A stretch of 63,982 nt of DNA, filler included, from Dimargaris cristalligena (lineage: Eukaryota): NCBI GenBank assembly GCA_003614675.1. It is 3 parts of 3 records of this genome, joined end to end, with 100 filler letters (N's around TTAATTAATTAA, not from the genome) between each part and the next. Parts side by side here need not be neighbours in the genome. Positions count along the whole stretch, not along the records: positions 45,447 to 63,982 come from ML002763.1; 2 more parts are not named here. One strand, written 5' to 3'. Position numbers and translations under genes: made by a program. The notes beneath the pieces were generated by a model. It had not been told where the DNA came from. It did not search any database and saw only the letters and a program-made list of their open reading frames with translations. Positions 53,281-63,982 of the stretch are shown here, piece by piece. Numbering within the stretch: position 1 is the first letter of the stretch; each line of letters opens with the position of its first letter.

Positions 53281-55109
53281 AAATAGCGAGCGCGCGTTCA
53301 CTCCCTCTTTTTTTCTAATCGCGATTGCACACCTTCCCTCTTCCTACCACTTTCTCGCCATAATCGATCTTAAAGTATCATTTTGCCGCAACCCCCCTCC
53401 TCCCCTTCCAATAAATTCCGTCCGGTTTCTTAATTATGGTTTTTGATGTAGAGAATGTTTATAGTATTATCAATTGATTAAATTGCTCTTGATATATCCC
53501 ACAGTAGTTATTCTTAACTAGGCTGTATTGTAGGATGGTTGATTCGGATAACAAAAGTGCACTATGTTTTCACTTATTTGGAGGGTTCAGGACGGGCCAA
53601 TTTGACATTGACATCGTTTGCGCTCATGCTACTGTTACGATGTGGATTTTGATTTCAATGGAGATCCTATTCGAAGCATTTGCGATCTAAATACCAACAG
53701 GAAGATCTTTATATATTATAAGGCATTTTAACTGCTCAACTCCTTATTTAGAATGGCCGAGTATAACATTGAACAGTACTCTGAAATTAAGGTCAGCTAA
53801 ATGCAGGAGTGGGTCAGTTGATTTCCCAACTATAAGAAGTATGATGCGATTCCGTGCGCCTCATTAGTCTTACGCTAGGCCTGAGGAGGGTCAGTATTAT
53901 TGATAATTTACCGGGCAGGGAAAGTATACACCAGGTAGATAATTCAATTACTATACCACGAGGATATTAAGAGTCGGGGATTAATTGTGCTCTAATATAT
54001 TGAATATTCCGGGCATGTGAGGGTAGTTTAATTTGGCTAGTAACTGGCCATCACCTACTTGGCGGTGCAACTTCACTGGGGGGCGGGGGCGAGCGATCAT
54101 TCGGTTTTTGGGTGGTTGGCCCCATCCAGTGGTTGTATTGTTAACCGTCGGATATGTAGAAGTGTGTAGAGATTTCAAACTCAATCTCCTATTTGAGCGC
54201 TGGACAAGGTATTGATTAGAATCGAACCGGGCTAGCATGACTTATATTTCATCCTTGATGATATAATACTAACTAATCGTCTAATATGGTTCAGCAATGC
54301 CTTGGAGACTGGTATCAAGGGTCTTATTATAATGAGTGGGTCATTGCGGAATGGGTGCCTCGAAATGCCCGATCACCGGTATGTTGATCGACTAACCTCG
54401 AGTATGACTTTGTAGAATTTATCTACTCGAATGGCTTGTCTGTGGTATAATTTCATCCCAATGCCTGATCAGTGTTCGATTTGTTGATATTCGACCGATT
54501 TCTCTGGCATGCTTTAAACAATTGGGACGAATCTCTAGAATCGTCCGATAGTATCAAATCTCATCTTAGCTCGATTCCCCAGTAGCATCGGTTGAATATT
54601 AAATGTCAATCGGAATGTAGTAATTTAGATGTCCAGTATTAATGTACGACTCTAGTAATATCAGCCCATTCCGAAAGAAGAGGTTAATTACAATGCAACA
54701 TATAACCCAAGACTCAGAAAAGAAATCTAATGCAGAGTTATTGTCAGAGCACCCCACACGAATCCCTGGATAATCTAGAACCATAGTGACTGCCTGATTC
54801 AATTTAAATCTGAAATGATTTATTAGCACTAACGCCGATTACCAAACAATTAATCACACACTCCCTGGCATTGAAAATGACCGATAAGCCAGATTACAAC
54901 GAAAATCTATGCTAACATTTTATTTCCATGGAATACAAGTGGTTTAATGAATAAAAACAAATATATTAGCATAGAACCGACCGCGAAATGGGTTATATGA
55001 AGAGTTACGCATCTCAAGGGGTCAGGTAAGCTTGACGCATGGAAAGATAAGGGAGGAGACGAGGGAGAAGGAGATACGGAAAGGTTTGGGGACTAATAAC
55101 ACAACTCAT

Positions 55110-55928
55110 CTAGGCCTTGATGGCGTAGACGCGCTGGGGGAAAGCCAGCTCCTTCTTCTGCTGACGCAGAGTGCGGTTGGACAGCTCCTTGGGGGTCAGG
55201 CGACGACGGATGGCGCGGGTCTGCTTAGCGCGGAGGTCCAAGGGCATGTACTTCTTGCCCTTGTAGAATTCGCGGAGCTGCTGGCGCTGGGTCTGGGTGA
55301 TGACAGTCAGGACACGGCCAATGTTCTTGCGGGCATCCCGGATTTTGGAGCCCTTGCCGCCAGTGTTGGAGGCACGCTGAGCCCGGAGGCTGGCGAGCTC
55401 GCCCTTGAGGGTCTCGAGGGTGGAGGTCAGTTCGACCTTGGACTTGCCGCGGAGTTCGTGAGCCTTGACTTTAGCCTAAGGAGAAGAATGAGAGAAAGGA
55501 AAGGATAGATAGAAGCTATAGTTAGTTATACGGGTCGGTCAGCATGTACAAGATGGAATCCCAGTAGCCGGCAGGGTGGAATCTTGAAGTTCACATGACA
55601 AGATTCCTTCGGCTGAGGGATGCGTGCCACTGGCTATTCTCGTTGCACCATCGGTGGCGGTTCCATTACGAGGTCTATTCGGACACGGATTCGCAAATAC
55701 ATAATCATCCATCCATCCTGGACACGGTCGCTAAGAGCTGGTAATCCGTTCGAGTTGGGTCGGATATTGTCACGGAACGAGAGGTCGGATATCGACATGG
55801 TCGATGGACAGCGGTTTCCTCGGTTCATCGGATTCGGCAGCTGGGGCTTCATTCGTAGGTTCGATGGGCGTACGGATGGATGGATGGATGACAGCAGCGT
55901 CGCTTACGGGGGGATGGTCGCTTACCAT
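55110..55928 (-). CDS. RPL35: 60S ribosomal protein L35 (uL29); exons 55928-55926 (ATG only), 55475-55110
   Basis: Manual translation [14 protein letters not shown]...[11 protein letters not shown]...[24 protein letters not shown]...[10 protein letters not shown]; absent from the ORF track because the ATG is on its own exon. Confidence 0.96.
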
Positions 55929-56084
55929 TTCAAAGGTATAATGTTATTGAATGGGTAGGGTGCAGGGGGATGAAGAGAAGGAGCCCACCCAAAATGCCCA
56001 GCAATGATGTTTAATAATTAGGTTTGGCTATATTGGATCTTCTGTTTGGCTTGTACTGGACTTGGTCTCAATAAGCCAGTTCCC

Positions 56085-56092
56085 CACGTGAC
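56085..56092. promoter_or_regulatory. E-box/Cbf1-type site in the RPL35-DIM1 divergent promoter
   Basis: CACGTGAC. Confidence 0.45.
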
Positions 56093-56263
56093 CTTGATCT
56101 CAGGCTGCCTTGCTATTCCCAGTGGGCAGTTTGTGAGGGAATAGGGGAGGAGGGGCTTGGTTCGCTCCCATCTCCCTTGCAACGGGTGTTGGGATGCATC
56201 ACACCTACACACACATAATATCCAGGCTAACACAAAATGTGAAAAAAAGAGAAATAAACTTGA

Positions 56264-58037
<1,774 letters not shown>

Positions 58038-58700
58038 ACTATATTGGTTACTTTTGGTCGATTGCCTGTGTAGCCTCTAGTGTGCTTTGCTGCTGACTGT
58101 ATCGACCTGGATGGATTCCACCTGGTAATGATGGACATCTAATACAGTTATTATGCCTTTATCGAAATAATAAATTTTAGTAGTACGATTGATTGTTAGT
58201 CACGGACATGTTGGACGAGGGTATTAAGGCCCCCCCTTCTTTGAAACCCTAACCCACCCTATAACTTAATCAACCAACTATACTGACTAATTACATTATC
58301 GAATGATGGTGCGGAATGAGCAACATCACGTGCCCGACTGGTCGGACCTAAACAGTCTAGCAAGTAGTGCAGCAGGTAGGAGTAATAATAAGTATAGTGT
58401 TGGTTATTGATTATTGGGACGATAAGGCCATATAATTAGAGCCAGTGGTAGCTATGAGATGCAAGGGAGTGGGACCTGAAATGAGATATGTCTTACCCCG
58501 TCTGCATGCCCGCAACCAATGGCCCAAAGAGATACCCACGTATTACGGACACGGCAGCTGTTGGGGCGCGGTCGCTGCTTCCTCTTCTTATACCCGCCAC
58601 CACGATACGTGTTTTATAGCACCCCTCCTCCTCTTGTTGCCTTCACTTCCTTTGCCCCGCCCATTCCCACTCGACCTATTTCCCGTTCATTACCGTTGCC

Positions 58701-59853
58701 ATGTCGACCCCCACTGACCAGTCTGTCCTTCACCAACTATGCCAGCTCGTCGATTGGCACCAACCCACCCTGTGGTACGCCGTGGCCTGCATCCTGTTCA
58801 ACCCGTTGTTCTGGAACATCGCCGCTCGCCAAGGTGGGTGACTGTGGTTAATATACTACCACCAGCGTATGACTAACCCCCTCACACTCAGTGTTTCTTG
58901 TCAAGACTGGTGACGGGTCCCTTTTAACGGAGTGACGCATTTTAAAAATGGAACAGCTTCATAACTACTGCCATCTTTTCCGCAACCCCCTCGGTCATAA
59001 GAAACCAGTGATATCTAATCTAATAGTATGTCGCCAAATGCCCTTGGCGGATACCCTCGATTACTCCTCATATATAATCTTATTTCCCCCCATTAGAATA
59101 CCGCCATCACTGGATCACCAAGTTGGCCTGTGGTAATGCCTACGTAGGCTGCTACATGCTGGCCATTACCATCTTCTCGCTGGGTATCTTCCGCGATGCT
59201 GTGTAAGTACAATCCCTCCCCCCCTACTACCCCTTCCGAGCTTGATCATCGGATTGTTTCTCAGGTGAACTAATGATTCTAATTATATTGGTGCTGATTG
59301 CTCATTTCGGAACTGCTCAGCTACAACCTGGCTCTAGACCACCAGCCCACCGCCGCCTTCCTGGCCTATGGCGAGATCAAGATTGTCGCTGCTGCCCTGT
59401 GGGCCGTCGGTATGCTGCTAGTGTTGACCTCCACCTACCAGCTTGGAATCACCGGTACTTATTTGGGCGACTATTTCGGCATCTTAATGAACGCCAAAGT
59501 GACCAAATTCCCTTTCAACGCCACCAACAACCCCATGTACCAGGGATCTACCCTCGCCTTCTTGGGTGTGGCCCTCTGGAAAGAATCTGTGGCCGGACTT
59601 ATCTTGTCGGTCCTGGTTTTCGTGGTCTACTCGATTGCCTTGCACTTCGAAGAGTAAGTGAATCCATGGATAGTATTGCCAAACATGTTTTATTCACCTA
59701 AATCGGTGACCAGTCGCTGCAGATAGCCCCTTTATACTTATACATATCTATATCTATTTTAATTGCCCTGGATTCTCCTCGATAATGGCATCCCACTTGT
59801 ACTTTAGGCCCTTCACCAACATGATCTACGCTAAACGCGAGAAGTCCTCTTAA
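58701..59853 (+). CDS. OPI3: Phospholipid N-methyltransferase (PEMT); exons about 58701-58833, 59096-59201, 59321-59653, 59808-59853
   Basis: ILFNPLFWNIAARQEY, GCYMLAITIFSLGIFRD, LGITGTYLGDYFGILM, FPFNATNNPMYQGST, FEE|PFTNMIY. Confidence 0.94.
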
Positions 59854-60520
59854 CTTGTTGGAAAACTTACCTATTCAAATCTAGTCCCAGTTGGTTGCTG
59901 CCCAGTCTCCAGCACCGCGGACACTTTTATTACTCAGTCATTGTCCGTCACGGCACATTTGTATTCATTACTTTACCAATGCCTTTGTAGATATCTGGTA
60001 CCACCAATACACCCGACTGTTTACCACCACCACTCATGTATCTGGTTATTTGTAATGTTAGAAAGTAATGGGGCTGGGATTCACATATCTATGGGCTATG
60101 GAATCGGCTCCAACATTAGCCGGTTGAGCAACGGAGTCCCCCAGTGAACGCTCTCGTAAATGATAGGTTGATGGCTTGCCTATGCATTACAAATCGGGAA
60201 CCGTCGCCTAAGAGTAAATGGGACAGGCCATTAGTAAGAAGGGTTACTCCTGGACAATTGGGTATCCCCCCCCTTGACCCTGGGTCTCAGGTGGATAACG
60301 ATTCCACTGTCCTCCCCTTCCCAGCGGGGCTGTTGTTATACCACGGCTGACGGAAGTAGTGCGGAGTCCCTCGAACTAGACCGAGTTTTACTTCCCGAGT
60401 CACTCCGACTACCTATCCTATTTATTGCCGGGCTTTCCCCGCGGGACTTGGCTTAACCACCAACGACATTCCCCTCTGGCTCAACCGTCCTCATTCCACC
60501 TTCATTTACCTCCTGTAACC

Positions 60521-61795
60521 ATGGCCCAGAACTCCGCAACGTATACCATTGGCTGGGTCGGACTAGGCAACATGGGTCTACCCATGGCCCAAAACCTCCA
60601 GTCCCTACTGTCCCAGGCCGCCGCCAACGCCGAAGTTGCGGGCCGCCTCCCCTTTCCCGTCCACCCCAGTCTGGTGGTGTACAACCGTACCCAGGCCAAG
60701 TGTGCTTCCGTAGTCGAATTGGGTGCTACGGCTGTCTCGTCCGTCGCCGAGGTGGCCCGCACCTGTGACTTGATCTTTACCAGCCTAACCAACGACCAGA
60801 CCGTTCGGTCGGTCTATAACGAGCTGCTGCCCACCCTCCGGGCCCGCCAGGAACAGGGACTGTTACAGACCCGCTCCGTATTCCTAATCGAAACCAGCAC
60901 CACGTCGCCCCAATTGGCTACTGAGCTCAGCAGCCAGGTCCAGCTGCTCGCCTCCGGCCAGTCGAGTAACCATCCCGTGTATTTCCTCCGCTGTCCCGTC
61001 TTCGGCGCCCCCGTCGCGGCCCAGAGTGCCAGCCTGGTCTGGGTGCTCTCCGGGCCCGCCCCGGCCTGTGTGGCGTTGAAGAGTATAGTGATCCCCGCCC
61101 TAGGCCGGGGTGCCATTGAGGTGGGCGAAGACCCGGTCCAGGGATCCAATATGAAGCTATTGGGTAATTTTTTTATCGGCAGTACAGTCGAAACCCTCTC
61201 CGAAGCGGCCGTGCTGGCTGAAAAAGCGGGCCTGGGGACGGCCAAGATGGCGGAATTTGTCGAGTGGATGTTCCCCTTTGGTACGTACCTTCTCTACAGC
61301 CGTAAGATGGTACGCCCCGAGGAGCGTCACTTACTTAACTCCCCCGCCGGTCCTAGCGCCCCGCCGGCTTCGACCCCTGCGAACCCTAATGGTGGTGGTT
61401 CCTTTCTCCACGCCGGCCCGGCCCGTAGTCACCCCCTGCCTCCGGCGGCCACCCGTTGCGTCGGCGTGGGTTCCACCACCCCGGTGAGCACCCCCGGGGC
61501 CGATGACGAGCCTAATCCACTAGCCCAGCCCGACGGGTTTATTACGGACGTGGGCTTCTCGATTGACCTGTGTCTGAAGGACGTCAACTTGATTCGGGAG
61601 TTGGCCCGTAAAAACAACTGCCAACTTCCCACTATGGATGCTTTCCACCGCCACTTAACAACGGTGCAGAGCAGAGGGCATAACGACTGGGACTGGTCAT
61701 CCGCCGTCGCGGCCTTGCGCTGGGAAGCTGGCCTGCCGGGGTATTACAATGACACCACCTTTCCCAAACCCGATGGAAACCTCCACCAACCGTGA
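60521..61795 (+). CDS. Beta-hydroxyacid dehydrogenase (3-hydroxyisobutyrate/6-phosphogluconate dehydrogenase family)
   Basis: IGWVGLGNMGLPMAQNL, VYNRT, ETSTTSP, CPVFGAP, MKLLGN, GFSIDLCLKD, DWSS. Confidence 0.9.
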   Translation: MAQNSATYTIGWVGLGNMGLPMAQNLQSLLSQAAANAEVAGRLPFPVHPSLVVYNRTQAKCASVVELGATAVSSVAEVARTCDLIFTSLTNDQTVRSVYNELLPTLRARQEQGLLQTRSVFLIETSTTSPQLATELSSQVQLLASGQSSNHPVYFLRCPVFGAPVAAQSASLVWVLSGPAPACVALKSIVIPALGRGAIEVGEDPVQGSNMKLLGNFFIGSTVETLSEAAVLAEKAGLGTAKMAEFVEWMFPFGTYLLYSRKMVRPEERHLLNSPAGPSAPPASTPANPNGGGSFLHAGPARSHPLPPAATRCVGVGSTTPVSTPGADDEPNPLAQPDGFITDVGFSIDLCLKDVNLIRELARKNNCQLPTMDAFHRHLTTVQSRGHNDWDWSSAVAALRWEAGLPGYYNDTTFPKPDGNLHQP

Positions 61796-62658
61796 GCCAC
61801 CCTTCAATAACCTCGTTTATTTGCGATCGTGATGGGTCGACCCACCAATGGCGGATATATGCTTCCTATTGGGCTGTTCGCTGTTTTTATATTAATAATC
61901 CCCACACCCACCACCATCCATGTCCGATTATATACGTAATAAACCCTCTAGTTGAAATATCGGTTTCAAAGTTGGGTTGCTGTGTGCATATCCTTCGTAT
62001 ACCAAATTGTACAGTAAATTAAAATGAGAGCGTGGGTGATGTATATGGCCATTGGAAGTGTTTGCCATGGCGCATTAAATAGCCTGGCTGCATGTTGACG
62101 GGAATGCTGTGAGGGAGGGGGAGTCATTGGGTGGTGGTGGTGGTTTTACCAGCGCACCAGGCCTTTAGACAGGCAGGATAAAAAAGAAGTGGTTGGTTAG
62201 TCAGATGGCTGGTTGAAGGGCTGGGTGTGCAGGTCACCTGACTGGAATTGCACTCACGGGACCTTAAATAAGAATAGTGAGGCCCAAATGGTCTTAGAGT
62301 ACGAAAAAAAATAGGAGGACTCAGTGTGGTGGGTGTGGTAGTATGTGTGTAAAGGTGGTCTCTCTTTTCACCAAGACCAGGTTAGGCGGGGCAAAGAATG
62401 GGTGGCTCGTAGGCCCAAAAGAGTCGGTGTCGCATGGATAGGCGGCCAGAGCAGGGAAAAAATTACCAAGAAGAGGCGGGGACTCAGAAACTGGGCTGGG
62501 AGGCAAAAAGAACCGGGTGGTAAAAGAAGACAGCGCCAGCCGCCCGATCTAGATTCCCCCTCTTTCCCTTCTGTGTTGTCCCCTGTTGGAATCAACTTAT
62601 TCCTCACACCCTTCCCATCTAAGCGGATCTCCCCCTTCTGCTTCGTATATCCTCCAAC

Positions 62659-63630
62659 ATGGTTAGTCTGTCCAGCCAAAAGCGCCTGGCCGCCAGTATC
62701 CTTAAGTGCGGTGAACGCAAGATCTGGTTGGACCCCAATGAAGCCACCGAGATCGCCAATGCCAACTCTCGTAAGTCACTGCTGCCTTTTATAATACCTC
62801 TCCTCTAGCCTTCTATAGGAGCCCACCGAGGAGATCCGTAACCCCTCGCACCCTACTCCGTGTTTCTATAAGACGAAGTTTGATAGATCCGGTCGCCGAC
62901 CATCTCCCTCCCCAAAACCTAACTCGACGACCGACTTGGTCGAACAGATCTATGGTGTCTGGTACAACGGACCAAGTCGGTGTTCCTTCGGTGGAGGATC
63001 CTTCGGGGCGATCCGACCGAAGTTCATCTTTATCCCCGTTACCACCACTACTACTACTATTTTACCAAGCCTGTAAGACCGCCCCACCACCGCCTTATTA
63101 CCGTACCCGTCTTAACCCCCATTTTATATTTATATTTTTTTTCTACACCCTATGCTCATTGCTCGAACCCCACAGGCCAGCACATCCGCAAGATGATCAA
63201 GGATGGTCTGATCTTCCGCAAGCCCCAAACTATTCACTCCCGCTACCGCGTCCGTGAGTACCAGGCTGCCAAGCGTAAGGGCCGTCACACCGGTCTGGGT
63301 AAGCGTCAGGGTACCTCCGAGGCCCGTATGCCCACCAAGATCCTGTGGATGCGCCGCCAGCGTGTGCTCCGTCGTCTGCTCCGCAAGTACCGCGAGGCTG
63401 GTAAGATCGACCGGCACCTGTACCGTACCCTTTACCTGAAGGCTAAGGGTAACGCCTACAAGAACAAGCGTGTGTTGGCCGAATACATCCACAAGGCCAA
63501 GACCGAGAAGGCTCGTCTGCAGGCTCTGGCCGACCAGGCCGAGGCCCACCGTATCCGCAACAAGGCTGCCCGCGAGCGTCGTGAAGTTCGTCTCCAGGCT
63601 AAGAAGGAGGCCCTGTATGGCTCTAAATAA
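62659..63630 (+). CDS. RPL19: 60S ribosomal protein L19 (eL19); exons 62659-62770, 63176-63630
   Basis: [28 protein letters not shown]...[42 protein letters not shown]. Confidence 0.97.
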
Positions 63631-63982
63631 ATGGGTCAATATCCTTTTGGCATAAACCCACCACCACCCTACCCCTCTTTTCTCCCCCAACCGTCAATGC
63701 CCTGTCCATCCTATAATCCAATAAACCGTTGCCTGATCCCCTCCTCTACTTATTTTTAATTCCTTCTTCACTTTGCTTGCCGTTGGAAGCATGAGTGGAG
63801 AGGTGATCACCGAATTATAGTTTTGGGCTCTTCATTTTGGCAACTTTTTTTACTACCAATAACATTTACTCTTTTTTTACTGGTATTATATATACGGGAA
63901 AACAGTTTGTACGTCTTGCATTAAACCCTGTGGTTTCGAATGTTGGTAGAGGGGCAAATTGGGCACGATTGAGTGGAGAAGT

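Noticed and set aside
55032-55508. 158-aa plus-strand ORF
   Set aside because: Antisense shadow of RPL35 caused by codon bias; the same applies to ORFs opposite LDH, the ADHs, RPL31 and RPL19.

Overview
Eukaryotic, intron-containing fungal DNA (GT-AG introns with CTAAC-type branch points; gene content suggests an early-diverging fungus such as Zoopagomycota/Mucoromycota, which is an inference). The window is three contigs joined by identical artificial 100-nt linkers (44 N + TTAATTAATTAA + 44 N) at 22673-22772 and 45347-45446, so no linkage across them can be assumed. Contig 1: secreted ApaH/Ppn2-like metallophosphoesterase, MEF2/Rlm1 MADS-box factor, orphan secreted protein and 7TM GPCR-like gene, with CpG-depleted repeat relics at both ends. 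Contig 2: CDS1, an intronless L-lactate dehydrogenase, a SAP-like/SAM-like protein, a heme-less plant-type sulfite oxidase with a PTS1-like end, and two tandem NADP-dependent alcohol dehydrogenases. Contig 3: 5' part of phosphofructokinase, a coiled-coil gene, then RPL31, RPL35, DIM1 (one extra C), OPI3, a beta-hydroxyacid dehydrogenase and RPL19. Most notable: highly structured ribosomal-protein introns with shared motifs and spare splice sites (candidate splicing autoregulation), the plant-type sulfite oxidase, inverted repeats flanking the second ADH copy, and a probable in-frame exitron.
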